The notes: generated by a model not told the origin, from the sequence alone. Counted from the first letter of the stretch, positions 20,154 through 30,345 are shown. The stretch: 64,000 nucleotides of DNA from Candidatus Latescibacterota bacterium (GCA_965223905.1 CBDCXV010000001.1:1656784-1720783); one strand, 5' to 3'. A program made the numbers and translations.

Positions 20154-21401
20154 CTACCGCTCCCACAACTCGCTCAGCGGCACGGCGAGCAGTCGCCCGC
20201 CGGCCAACCGCAGCCGGTCGCGGCCGGCGTAGAGCAGCACCCCCGACTCGAAATCCTCCCCGCAGCGGGCAGCCAGCCGGGTGAGGCCCTGCCCGTCTCC
20301 GGGGCCGAGCGTGCGGCCGGCCTTGACCTCGACACCCCAGGTCCTGCTGCCCCGGGTAAGGACCACGTCGACCTCCACGCCGTCCTTGTCCCGATAGTGC
20401 CAGAACCGCAGGTCCGGTTCCGTCCAGGTTGCCTGGGCGATGAGCTGCTGCACCACGAAGGACTCCAGCAGATGTCCCATGCGGTCCCGGCGGCGGAGCC
20501 AGTCGCCCCCGCTCAGGCCGGCGAGGGTCGCCGCCAGCCCGCTGTCGAGCAGATGGACCTTCGGCGCCTTGACGAGCCGTTTGGCCGGGTTGCGGTTCCA
20601 CGCGGGCAGTCGCCGCACCAGGAAGAGCCGCTCGAGCACGGCGATGTAGTGATCCACCGTTTCCCGGTGCAGTCCGAGGATGCCGGCCAGGTTGAGTATG
20701 TTCAGCAGTTCGGAGCTGCGCAGGGCCAACAGCTCCAGCAGGCGGGCCAGCTCGTTGGCGTCCCTCACCCGCGCCACCTCCTGCACGTCCCGCTCGATGA
20801 TGCTGCGCAGGTACTGCCGGTGCCATTGCCGGGCGCGGCCGGGTGCGCGGGTCAGCGGCTCCGGATAGCCGCCGGCAACCAGCCGCTCCGGCAGCGACGG
20901 CCCGGCAGGTTCCGCTCCAGGCCGGATTCCCGGTTCGAGCGCGCCCTTCAGCAGATCGCCGAGGAACCGCCCGGGCCGGCGCTCCTTCTCCGATTCGGTC
21001 AACGGGTGCAGCTGCGCCATTTCCATCCGTCCCGCCAGGGATTCGGTAATGGTCGGCACCAGCAGAAGGTTGGCCGAGCCGGTCAGCAGGAAACGGCCGG
21101 GACGCCGGTCCTGATCCACGCTCCGTTTGATGGCGGGGAGCAGTGCCGGTACCCGTTGGACCTCGTCCAGAGTCACCTCTTCCGGCAGGCTGGCGACGAA
21201 ACCGTCCGGGTCGGCACCGGCGTTCTGGTAGTAGTTGTGCTCGTCCAGGCTGACGAACGCACGCTCGGAAGCGAGTTGCTGCGCGAGCGTGGTTTTTCCG
21301 CTTTGCCGAGGCCCGAGGAGACAGACCACCGGCGTGTCGGCCAGGGCCTCCCCGAGGACAGGGGCCAGCGAGCGGTGAAACAGAGATCGGTCTGCGTCCA
21401 T
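20154..21401 (-). CDS. AAA_14 + DUF4143 ATP-binding protein
   Basis: GPRQSGKTTL, LDEVQRVP, FLLTGSA, ESLAGR, GGYPE, KAPKVHLLDSGL, YRDKDGVEVD...VEVK (PD-(D/E)xK-like tail). Confidence 0.92.
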   Translation of the reverse strand: MDADRSLFHRSLAPVLGEALADTPVVCLLGPRQSGKTTLAQQLASERAFVSLDEHNYYQNAGADPDGFVASLPEEVTLDEVQRVPALLPAIKRSVDQDRRPGRFLLTGSANLLLVPTITESLAGRMEMAQLHPLTESEKERRPGRFLGDLLKGALEPGIRPGAEPAGPSLPERLVAGGYPEPLTRAPGRARQWHRQYLRSIIERDVQEVARVRDANELARLLELLALRSSELLNILNLAGILGLHRETVDHYIAVLERLFLVRRLPAWNRNPAKRLVKAPKVHLLDSGLAATLAGLSGGDWLRRRDRMGHLLESFVVQQLIAQATWTEPDLRFWHYRDKDGVEVDVVLTRGSRTWGVEVKAGRTLGPGDGQGLTRLAARCGEDFESGVLLYAGRDRLRLAGGRLLAVPLSELWER

Positions 21402-21415
21402 TTGTCGGTTATCCC

Positions 21416-21477
21416 AGCGTCCAATTGCCGGTTAATATAGCGTCCAATTGCCGGATAGGACAGCGTCCAATTGCCGG
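21416..21477. repeat. three identical 16-bp direct repeats AGCGTCCAATTGCCGG, 23-bp period, upstream of the DUF4143 ATPase
   Basis: Copies start at 21416, 21439 and 21462. Confidence 0.95.
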
Positions 21478-21543
21478 ATAGCGGACGACACAGGCAGGGC
21501 GCAGAGTCGGGATGGGAAGCTGAGGCTCGGGTCTGCGGGCAGG

Positions 21544-21673
21544 GGCGACGCTTGGAGTTCAGTCCATCGAGACCCACTGGATGTGGCGGTACCCGGGAGG
21601 GGCGTCTACCGGCTGCTCCCGCGCTGCCACCTCGGCGGCCGCGGGGCCGCAGGTGAACCGGTACGGTCCCGGC
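21544..21673 (-). repeat. diverged duplicate of the GH2 gene 3' end (copy of 23840-23969)
   Basis: 130-bp ungapped alignment with 8 mismatches counted by eye. Encodes PGPYRFTCGPAAAEVAAREQPVDAPPGYRHIQWVSMD*. Confidence 0.95.
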
Positions 21674-21768
21674 AGACCTCGTAGCAGGTCGTCAGCACCG
21701 AGTTTTTTTGAGGTCTCCGGATCACCGTTACGCCGATGCAGGTCCGTTAGGTTCATCCATGCGACCAA

Positions 21769-22290
21769 TCACGCGCCAAGCCGGCGATGTTGCTCGTCTT
21801 GTGCGCCGTTCCGCAACCAGTCAATGGGCGATTCTCCAGTTCGTGTTGGATTCACCCACACAATCTGCTTCAATTCGCTGACGCCTTCCGATGCCTGCGC
21901 AAATGCCCGGCGGGCGCGCTCATCCTGAGAAGTCACCAGCCGTTCCGTCGAAATCGCCGCTTCAATGAGATGGAGATCTTTGGCAACTGCCGCCTTCTGA
22001 TCAGGTAACAGACTCGCATACACACGTTCTCGCAGGGCTTCCGTGCGTTCGCCGATAATCTCTACAACCATCTTCCGGCGTGTCATTTGACCCAACCAGA
22101 CAGCCGAGAATATGGATGGGCGGCGTTGCCATTCCGCTCGTATCGGGTCCGCCATGACAATCCGGTGTCCAACTTCGGACACAACTTCCAAAAAAACCCG
22201 GCAGGCGCTGGAAACTGGATGTTCCGATCCGCCTGCTGAACCTGCGACACTGGCATCAATCACCAACTGGCGAGAGTGTCGTGGTGCCAT
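21769..22290 (-). CDS. PIN-like domain protein
   Basis: LVIDAS, EW, KDLHLIEAA, VTSQD acidic pattern typical of the PIN fold. Overlaps the ATPase 3' end. Confidence 0.7.
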   Translation of the reverse strand: MAPRHSRQLVIDASVAGSAGGSEHPVSSACRVFLEVVSEVGHRIVMADPIRAEWQRRPSIFSAVWLGQMTRRKMVVEIIGERTEALRERVYASLLPDQKAAVAKDLHLIEAAISTERLVTSQDERARRAFAQASEGVSELKQIVWVNPTRTGESPIDWLRNGAQDEQHRRLGA

Positions 22291-23596
22291 GTATTCGACT
22301 CCGCTCCGCTACCGCATCCAAGTACGCGCCCTCGGCCTCCAGTACAACGTCGTCAAAGTCCTCCGGCCAGTCGCCAAAAGCACCGTTTTCATTCAGATCA
22401 GCGCCCTGAATCTCCGTCATGCCATCCTCGGAATTGCGCCAAAACCAGTACAATTTCACCAACCCGGGATTGAGATTCCCCTTTGCTACCAGCGTTTGCA
22501 AACTTCGCAGCAACAAGGCGCTGTGCGTTTCAACCACTACCTTCACGCCCCGCTTTGCCGCCGACGCCAGAATCGTCGCCAGCGCATGCTGGGCTCGCGG
22601 GTGCAAATGCAGCTCCGGCTGTTCGAGATAAACGAGCTGTCCTTGCCTCGCGACCAGAAGCGCGACCAGCACGGGCAACACCTGCGAGACGCCAAAGCCA
22701 ACGTCCGCGATATTTACGAGATCGTCTGCCGGCGCAGATTTTGGCAGGCGCCCGACCAGCAACTCGAGTTGCGTATCATTTACCGCCTTCGCAGTAACCT
22801 TCCAGGTCAGGCCGAGCTCTTGGAGCATGCCCCAAAGAAATCGGAGACGATCCCCGTCTTCTACCTGCCAATGTGCAATGACGCTCGCAGCGTAATGTTC
22901 GAATGTGCCTGGAAAATCGGGACCTACCGCGGTCCTGTTATACACGCGCTCCGGGTTGCCGCGTAAGCCGGGGATGTGAATGATCCTGTTCAGAAGGTGG
23001 CTCCAGGATTTGGGAAGAATTGGCAAGGCGAGCGTCGACTTATCATCCAGCATTTCTATACTGATGTCGAGAAAACACCGTCTTCTGACGACAAACGGCT
23101 TGAACGCTCCAATCCACTCTCCAACTTTGAACATCCCTTTAATTACTGATTTATTGACAGCCTTTACTATTTCGTCGGACCTCTGGTCCGGGTCCAATCG
23201 AATTGCGCCTTCTCCCATTCCATAAATGACTTCTCGAATTTCAAGTGCATGATCCTTGATAACGAATACGGCCCTGAATATATCGCCCGGCATCTCTATC
23301 TCGATGCTGAATTCCTGATTTGCAGAATCTTTCCGCGGACGCGAAACAACTTGGTCAAAGGAGGTGAATTTCGCGTTGGGGCCATCCAGCAAAAGCGGAC
23401 CGGGATCGTAACTCGCTTCAAGCGTCTGCTTCATCAGCAACAGCGGCTGCATGATACTCGACTTGCCGGAACTGTTCGCCCCGGCAAGGATGGTCAATGG
23501 ACGTATTTCCACGCGGCTCTCTTCTGCGATCGACTTGAACCCGCCCACCGAGATTGCCGTAATCCCTTCCTGTTGTGATGCTTGCAGGTCTGCCAT
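22256..23596 (-). CDS. AAA_21 family ATPase (DUF3696-like C-terminus)
   Basis: GANSSGKS, DVGFGVSQVLPVL, LEQPELHLHP, VETHS, NGAFGDWPEDF. Confidence 0.9.
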   Translation of the reverse strand: MADLQASQQEGITAISVGGFKSIAEESRVEIRPLTILAGANSSGKSSIMQPLLLMKQTLEASYDPGPLLLDGPNAKFTSFDQVVSRPRKDSANQEFSIEIEMPGDIFRAVFVIKDHALEIREVIYGMGEGAIRLDPDQRSDEIVKAVNKSVIKGMFKVGEWIGAFKPFVVRRRCFLDISIEMLDDKSTLALPILPKSWSHLLNRIIHIPGLRGNPERVYNRTAVGPDFPGTFEHYAASVIAHWQVEDGDRLRFLWGMLQELGLTWKVTAKAVNDTQLELLVGRLPKSAPADDLVNIADVGFGVSQVLPVLVALLVARQGQLVYLEQPELHLHPRAQHALATILASAAKRGVKVVVETHSALLLRSLQTLVAKGNLNPGLVKLYWFWRNSEDGMTEIQGADLNENGAFGDWPEDFDDVVLEAEGAYLDAVAERSRIHGTTTLSPVGD

Positions 23597-23679
23597 TTTT
23601 CAGCCCCTCATCCAGCGATTATGTGAATTTGACAGTGGGAGTGGCCATAAAGTCCGGTGATAGCTTTCGAATCTACTAA

Positions 23680-23719
23680 TAAGAGATGCTCCTGTCAGTT
23701 AAGAGATGCTCCTGTCAGT
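23680..23719. repeat. perfect 20-bp tandem duplication TAAGAGATGCTCCTGTCAGT x2
   Basis: Read directly, about 85 bp upstream of the ATPase start. Confidence 0.9.
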
Positions 23720-23854
23720 CCGTGGCAAAACTCGTGGGTCGCCGCCGGTCCGCGTTTCACAGGGGCGGATACCGATTGGCACCGGGAGCGATCGAACCGC
23801 CCATTTTTGAGACCCTTAAGCGGAATTCTCCGAGTTGACGGCGACGCTCGGAGT

Positions 23855-25921
23855 TCAGTCCATCGAGACCCACTGGATGTGGCCGTACCCCGGCGGGGCG
23901 TCGACCGGCTGCTCCTGCGCCACCACCTCGGCGGCCGCGGGGCCGCAGGTGAACCGGTACGGTCCCGGCTCCGGCAGCACGAACCAGCTCCTGCCGTTGC
24001 CGTCGGCGCGCACCCCAAACGGGGCCGCCGCCTGACCGGCGAGCGGCTCGACGAACACCGGCGCCCCCGGCCGGGCGGTCTCGACGATCACTTCGGGCAG
24101 ACGCCGGGAATTGAGCGGCCCGACGTCCCGGCCGGCGATCCGGCGGTAGAGGTCGCGGGACCATTGGCGGGTCGCGGTCTCGACGACGAGCGGCTTTTCC
24201 GGATCGCACCAGTTGAGGTAGAGAGCGGCCTTGCCCCAGGCCGCCTGCGTGCCCTCGCCGAACGGGTCGATGCGGGCGTCGGCGCCGGACTGGGAGGGCC
24301 AGCTGACCTTCGGCTCCACCGGGGCGGCCAGGCTCCCGGGGACGTCGCCGGTGAAACCGCGGTAGTCCATGTCCGCGAGGAAGAAGGTCTGCAGGCCGTG
24401 GATGTTGCGCCCCGGCATGCTCAGCAGGAAGTCCCACCACCCCTCCATCAGCGGGGGCTCCCCATCGAGGTCCCAACGGCCGGACTCGAAGATTCCGGCC
24501 TCCCCGACCCGCACCGGCTTGCGCGGCAGCGCCGGATCGGTGCGCACCGTCTCGATGGCCGCCTCGATCTGCTCGAAGCCGCTGAACAGGCGGTAGCAGT
24601 CGATCAGCCCGACGAGCTCGGAGTCGGCGACCCCGGGGTCGAAGGTGACCTCGGCGATGCGGGTCGGGTCGAGCTCCTTCACCTTGCGCAGCAGGGGCAC
24701 GCAGAAGGCGGGGTCGCGGGCGTCGGTGACATCCCAGAACAGGATCGACGGGTGGTTGCGCGTCCGGCGGATCCAGGCGTCGGCGACGGCGAGGTGGTTC
24801 TCCATCACCAGGCTCGCTTCCGCTCCGTCGAGATCCTCCGGAAATACCTGGCCGGTGCCGACGCAGAAGTTGGCGCCGACGACGAAGGTCCCGGACTCGT
24901 CGGCGACGTCGTAGAAGACCGACGGCGGGTCGTAGCGGTGGTGCTCGACGATGCTGACGTTGGCCGCGGCGAGATCGCTGAACTTCCGCGTCAGCCACTG
25001 GCGCTCGTACACGTAGGGGACGGTGTGGTCTCCCCACGGAATCAGCTGCTCGCCGTTGAGCAGCAGCCGCTCCCCGTCGGCGCGGATCTCGCGGAAGCCG
25101 AAGCGGGCGATGTCGCCGTCGACCGGCCCCTGCCGGTCCGAGGAGAGGTCGATGCGCAGGAAGTAGAGCACCGGCTCCCCGTACGGCGGCCGCCCCCAGG
25201 GCACGGCATCCGCCCACTCTTCGGTGCAGCCGACCGCGGCGGTTTCGCCGGGCCCCACCTCGACTTCCCGCGGCGGCAGCGGCAGCACCGTCTCGCCGGC
25301 GCGCGCGACCTCCCAGCTGACGAGGCCGCGGAACCGCTCGGGCCCGTCGTTGCGGACCGTCACCTCGGCCGACAGGGTCTTCCCGCGAACGGAAGTGATC
25401 ACGTACGGATCGGCGAGGTGGACGAGCGGCCGGCAGCGCAGCCAGGCGTCTCCCTCGATGCCGACGGTGGCGGCGCTGGTGTGCCAGAAGCGGGTGTCGA
25501 GGGCCTTCTCCGCGGCCTCGCTGAGCTCCTCGGCACCGGGATGGGCGTAGCGGCCGCGGCAGGCGTGGGTGAACAGGACCAGCTCGTGCTCACTGCCGGG
25601 AGCGGCGCGGTCCGTCAGGTCGATGAGCCAGGGCAGGCGCAGGTGGTGGTGTTCTTCGACGGGATCGCCGTCGAGGTAGGCGCGGCCGTAGTGGCGCACG
25701 CGGTCGAGATCGAGGAACAGTCGCCGGCCGTCGCCGGTCTCCCAGCCCTCCGGCACCGCGAGCGAGGTCCGGTACCACCCGGAGACGGGGGGATCCTCCT
25801 CGAACTCGCGCGACCGGTGCGGCACCCGCACCCGCCGCCAGCCCCCCTCGGGAGCGGCGCCGTCCCCCCCTTCGGCGAACTCCCACTCCCCGTTGAGCAG
25901 AAGCTTTCGGCGGAGGCTCAT
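23855..25921 (-). other. glycoside hydrolase family 2-like protein
   Basis: LNGEWEF, VSGWYRT, FGFREI...LLLNG, FYDVADESG, RNHPSILFW. The usual NE after this motif reads TD. ATGA overlap with the aldolase stop. Confidence 0.8.
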
Positions 25922-26682
25922 CGCAGCACCTCGTCGAACCACTTCTGCGTCTGCTCGAGCTTCTCGAGGATGGCGGCGAACTCGCCGCCGTGGGCGATCA
26001 GCCGCGCCCCGCGCTCGTGAAGCTGCCCGATCATCTCCCGGTTGAGCGCCGGGCGGCCCCAGACCTTGCCGTGTTTCGCCGCGGCCTCGGCGACGCGGTC
26101 CTCGGCCTCCTCCAGGGTCATCGAGCCGTCGTACTTCAGTCTCAGGGACAGGTCGCCCGGGCCTACGAACAGGCCGTCCACCCCTTCCACCGCGGCGATC
26201 CCATCGACATTGGCGACCGCCTGCGGCGACTCGATCTGGACGACGATGAAGGTCTCCTCGTTCGCCTGCCGCGGGTAGTCGGCTCCCCCCTGCAGGGCGT
26301 AGTCGCTGTCGAGGCCGGCGCCGTCGAAGCCGCGGTTTCCCAGCGGCGGAAACCTGGTCGCCTCGACGATCCAGCGCGCGTCCTCCTCGGTGGTGACGTG
26401 GGGAAACATCAAGCCGGTGGCGCCGTCTTCGAGATAGCGGTAGAGGCGCACCCGCTCCAGGGTAGGCGAGCGCAGCATGCAGTCGATGTCGAAGAGGTGG
26501 AAGAACCCCAACATCCCCTGCACCTCCCTTTGTTCCATGGCCCGGTGCTCGAGATCGAACCAGATGCAGTCGAACCCGAAATGGGAGGCGTGGCGGACGT
26601 AGGATGGAATGAAGCTGCCGAGGCCGCAGATGCGCACCGTCTCTCCGGCGCGGATGCGGGCCAGCACCTTGCTCTTTCTCAT
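25918..26682 (-). CDS. HpcH/HpaI aldolase family protein
   Basis: FDCIWFDLEH, RFPPLGNRG, VQIES, GVDGLFVGPGDLS. Confidence 0.92.
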   Translation of the reverse strand: MRKSKVLARIRAGETVRICGLGSFIPSYVRHASHFGFDCIWFDLEHRAMEQREVQGMLGFFHLFDIDCMLRSPTLERVRLYRYLEDGATGLMFPHVTTEEDARWIVEATRFPPLGNRGFDGAGLDSDYALQGGADYPRQANEETFIVVQIESPQAVANVDGIAAVEGVDGLFVGPGDLSLRLKYDGSMTLEEAEDRVAEAAAKHGKVWGRPALNREMIGQLHERGARLIAHGGEFAAILEKLEQTQKWFDEVLR

Positions 26683-26805
26683 GGGAACACCTTTCTCTCG
26701 GAAGTGGCGCTGCTCTGGTGTCGTGCCGCGCGCTGAATCAAGTTCATGGCCGCGGGTGATCGCAAGGGAGAAGCGGCCAGGCCCCATCCGGAAAGAGGTG
26801 ACGGA

Positions 26806-28272
26806 ATGATGAAAGTCGCAACGGGAACCATCAGCCACGAGACCAGCACCTTCACGACCGTCGAGACCGACTGGGACAGCTACCGCAACGAGCGCTTCGG
26901 ATACCTGCGCGGCCAGGAGGTCTTCGCCAAGTTCCGCGGCAGCAACACCGCGGTCGGGGGCTTTCTCGCCGGCGCCGAGGAGCACGGCTTCGAGCTGGTG
27001 CCGACGATCTTCGCCAACGCCCACCCGAGCGGCCCGACGCCGCGGGCGATCTTCGACGAGATCCTCGACGACATGCTCTCCTCCATGCGGGAGATCGGCC
27101 CCGTCGACGGCGTGCTCCTCGACGTGCACGGGTCGATGGTCGCCGAGGGGATCGACGACGGCGAGGGTCACATCTTCGCCGCGGTTCGCGACCTCGTCGG
27201 TCCGTCGGTTCCCGTCATCGCCCAGCTCGACATCCACTCGAACGTGTCGGGGCGCATGGTGGAGAACGTCGACGTGCTGCTCGGCCACCGCACCTATCCC
27301 GAGATCGACCAGGACGAGCGCGCCCGCCAGTGCGCCGGCATCCTCCACCGCATGCTGACGGACGGACTGAAGCCGGCTCTCGCCCTGCACCAGCTGCCGC
27401 TCTGCTGGGGGCTGAACCAGGTGACCGCGCACCCGCCGATGAGCACCGCCATCGCCGAGCTCGAGCGCATCGAGGCCCTTCCCGAGGTGGTCTGCTGCTC
27501 GATCGCCACCTGCTACCCCCTGGCCGACCACCCCGACATGGGGGCTTCCGTCTACCTGGCGACCGACGGCGACCGCGGCCGCGCGCAGGAGCTGGCCGGC
27601 GAGCTGGGGGCCTGGATCTGGGAACGGCGCGCCGGGTGGCCGGGATCGTCGCAGACCACCGCCGAAGCCATCGTCGAGGCCGACCGGATCGGGCGCTACC
27701 CGGCGATCTTCGCCGACCGCAACGACAACACCGGCGGCGGCTCTCCCGGCGACAGCACCGGGCAGCTGCGCACCTTCCTCGAGGCGGGCCTGCGGGACGC
27801 CTGCGTGCTCTACATGGTCGATCCCGAGGCCGCGGCGAAATGCCACCAGGCCGGCGTCGGGGCAACGGTGGAGATGGCGGTTGGCGCCAGATCGACGCCG
27901 CTGCAGGGAGAGCCGGTGGAGATGAGGGCCGAGGTGGCCGCCCTGTCGGACGGGCGCTTCACCTACCGCGGGCCCCGCAACGCCGGTCTCGACGGGTTCA
28001 TGGGTCCGTGCGCGCACATCGCCCAGGACGGCGTGCACGTCATCCTCACTACCGAGCGTGAGCAGCCTTTCGACACCGCCCTGTGCGAGTCGCTGGCCCT
28101 CGACCCCCGCGAGATGCGCTACCTCGGCATCAAGTCGTCCGCCCACTTCCGCGCCGGATTCGAGCCGTTCGCCGGCAGCATCCAGGTCGTAACCGAGCCC
28201 TCCGTGCACTCCGCCGAGGTGGTGGAGTTTCACCGGCTGGGGCGGAAGATCTACCCCTTTTCCGATTTCTGA
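26806..28272 (+). CDS. M81 family metallopeptidase (MlrC-like)
   Basis: HETSTF, LDVHGSM, LDIHSN, RTYPEID, DNTGGGSPGD, KSSAHFRAGF. Confidence 0.9.
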   Translation: MMKVATGTISHETSTFTTVETDWDSYRNERFGYLRGQEVFAKFRGSNTAVGGFLAGAEEHGFELVPTIFANAHPSGPTPRAIFDEILDDMLSSMREIGPVDGVLLDVHGSMVAEGIDDGEGHIFAAVRDLVGPSVPVIAQLDIHSNVSGRMVENVDVLLGHRTYPEIDQDERARQCAGILHRMLTDGLKPALALHQLPLCWGLNQVTAHPPMSTAIAELERIEALPEVVCCSIATCYPLADHPDMGASVYLATDGDRGRAQELAGELGAWIWERRAGWPGSSQTTAEAIVEADRIGRYPAIFADRNDNTGGGSPGDSTGQLRTFLEAGLRDACVLYMVDPEAAAKCHQAGVGATVEMAVGARSTPLQGEPVEMRAEVAALSDGRFTYRGPRNAGLDGFMGPCAHIAQDGVHVILTTEREQPFDTALCESLALDPREMRYLGIKSSAHFRAGFEPFAGSIQVVTEPSVHSAEVVEFHRLGRKIYPFSDF

Positions 28273-28313
28273 GCGGGAGCCGCGGCCGGGTGCGATTCTA
28301 CCCGCACAGTGCC

Positions 28314-28757
28314 ATGCACGACCTGCTTCCTGCGCGCGCGATTCCCCGTGAATTCGGCCGTTTGCATTACGCTCGCAGGCACTACCTGCCGAGGCTGTCG
28401 CCACGGATTTTGCCGGTGGAAGCTCGCCTGACAGCTGCGCTCGCGATCGCTCTCCTGGCCGGGGTCCCCCGCGGCGCCGGAGCCGCGGAACCGCTCTCCT
28501 TCGAGGACGCCTCGGCGAACCTGCGGGGCGACCATCCGGAGGAGCGCTCCCGCGACATCGGCTGGAACGGAGCGGCCTGGTTCGATTTCGACCGCGACGG
28601 TCTCCTCGACCTGTTCGTCGCGCGCGGCACCTCGCAGAGCAACGCCCTGTTCCGCAACCTCGGGGACGACGGAAAAGAGCTCGGCAGTGGCGTCTACTTT
28701 TTCCGCCTGCGAACCGACCGCGGCGTCGCCGCGCGCAAACTCCTGATATTGAGGTAG
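28314..28757 (+). pseudogene. internally deleted secreted FG-GAP + FlgD/T9SS-like CTD protein
   Basis: Signal-like stretch and one FG-GAP repeat (WFDFDRDGLLDLFV...LFRNLGD) joined directly to the CTD tail DGKELGSGVYFFRL...RKLLILR*. Start codon uncertain. Confidence 0.75.
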
Positions 28758-28764
28758 GACCGCC

Positions 28765-30345
28765 ATGCCCCAACCGCGCATCCTGTTCGAGAACGACTCG
28801 CGCCATACCCTCATCTACATGTACGAGCCCCCGATCTCGGTGGAGGACCACCGGCAGGCGATCGACGAGCTGCTCGGCACCCCGGTGGAAGCGCTGCTCT
28901 TCAACCTCGGGTACGGCAACGCCTTCCTGCACGGCACCGAGGCCGGCGAGCGCTGGGGCCCGGACGCCTTCGCCACCGAACCGTTCCGCCCGGGCGGCGG
29001 CAGGCAGTGGGAGCACGTCGTCTTCATGCGCGCCTACCGCAATGCCGCCAAGCTGATCGCCGAGGGGAACGACCCGCTGCGCCTGGTCTGCGAGCGCGCC
29101 CACGAGCACGGGCTGCTGCTCTACCCGTCGTTGCAGGCGAACGCCGCCCTGCCGGAAGAGGAGCTCACCATCGGGGCCGGGGCCGGCCTCGACGACGGCT
29201 TCCCCGGGGCGCAGCTGGGCGACTTCAGGCACGCCGAGGTGCGCGCCCGCCGGCTCGCCCTGATCGAAGAGGTGGTCGGCAACTACGACGTCGACGGCTT
29301 CGAGCTGAACCTCGGCCACTACGCCGGCAGCTGTTTCTTCCACCCGGAATTCGCCGCGGACAGGGGGCGGGAGGTGTTCTCGGGATTCCTCGCCGAGGTG
29401 AGCGCCGCGGTGCGCGGCAGCGGGCCGGGCCGCGAGCTGGCGGTCCGCCTGCCGGCGAGCCCGGCGCAGTACGAGCCGCTGGGATTCGACCCGGCCGAGT
29501 GGTGCCGGCAGGGGCTGGTCGACGTCATCCTGGGGGAAAGCGCGGCCGGGGCCGCGGTCACCGACCCCACCGTCGATTTCCGGCCGCTGCTGAAGTGCGC
29601 CGAGGGGAGCGGCTGCCGGGTGCACGGGGTCCTGCGCAACCACGTCGACTCAGACCGCCTGGACACCGCCCCGATCGAGATGATCCGCGCCGCGGCCTGC
29701 AACTACTGGGAGCAGGGGGTCGACGGGCTGTGCTGCGCCCACTGGTGCGGCAACTGGCCGTACGGGCCGGAGTTCTACGAGCAGCTTCGGGAGCTGCCGT
29801 TCCCGGAGGTGATGGCGGCAAAGGACAAGATCTACGCGATCCCTACGGTCACCGGGCGCTCCCCCGAACCCTCGGCCGGCAACCAGCTTCCGGCCCCCCT
29901 CGAGCCAGGCATGCCCGCGCGCATGCGGCTGCCGGTCAGCGACGACCTTCCCCGGTGGGAGGCCGCCGGGCGCCTGCACGAGGTGATCCTGAGAATCCGC
30001 ATCACCCGCGTCACCGAGCGCGACCGCTTCCGCTTCACCTTCAACGGCCGCGAGCTGCCCGCCGACTGCCTGCGCAGGATCGACCACGTCTACCAGATCA
30101 GCGCCCCCCGCTTCCGCTCGCACTCGAGCTACTGGTTCGTGTTCAAGCTCGGTCCAGGTCACCGGCCGCGGCGTGGGGGCAACGATATCGAGGTGACCCT
30201 GCTGGAACGGGATCCCGAGGTCACCCCGGAAATGGCGGTGCGCGACGTCGAGCTGGAGATCCGCTACCTGCGCGGCAGGAGCTACCACCGCGGGGAGCAC
30301 AACACCGACCCCGACCTGGGGCCGTACCAGCACGCCAGCTCCTGA
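28765..30345 (+). CDS. glycoside hydrolase-like TIM-barrel protein (GHL10-like)
   Basis: ENDSRH, DPLRLVCERAHEHG, DFRHAEVR, NYDVDGFEL, AAACNYWEQGVDG. Confidence 0.7.
   Translation: MPQPRILFENDSRHTLIYMYEPPISVEDHRQAIDELLGTPVEALLFNLGYGNAFLHGTEAGERWGPDAFATEPFRPGGGRQWEHVVFMRAYRNAAKLIAEGNDPLRLVCERAHEHGLLLYPSLQANAALPEEELTIGAGAGLDDGFPGAQLGDFRHAEVRARRLALIEEVVGNYDVDGFELNLGHYAGSCFFHPEFAADRGREVFSGFLAEVSAAVRGSGPGRELAVRLPASPAQYEPLGFDPAEWCRQGLVDVILGESAAGAAVTDPTVDFRPLLKCAEGSGCRVHGVLRNHVDSDRLDTAPIEMIRAAACNYWEQGVDGLCCAHWCGNWPYGPEFYEQLRELPFPEVMAAKDKIYAIPTVTGRSPEPSAGNQLPAPLEPGMPARMRLPVSDDLPRWEAAGRLHEVILRIRITRVTERDRFRFTFNGRELPADCLRRIDHVYQISAPRFRSHSSYWFVFKLGPGHRPRRGGNDIEVTLLERDPEVTPEMAVRDVELEIRYLRGRSYHRGEHNTDPDLGPYQHASS

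Noticed and set aside
21416-21477. Triple repeat as a CRISPR mini-array
   Set aside because: 16-bp repeats with 7-bp spacers are far too short, and there are no cas genes.
21544-23969. 130-bp repeat pair as a DGR template/variable repeat
   Set aside because: Mismatches are not confined to adenines of one copy, and no reverse transcriptase is present in the window.
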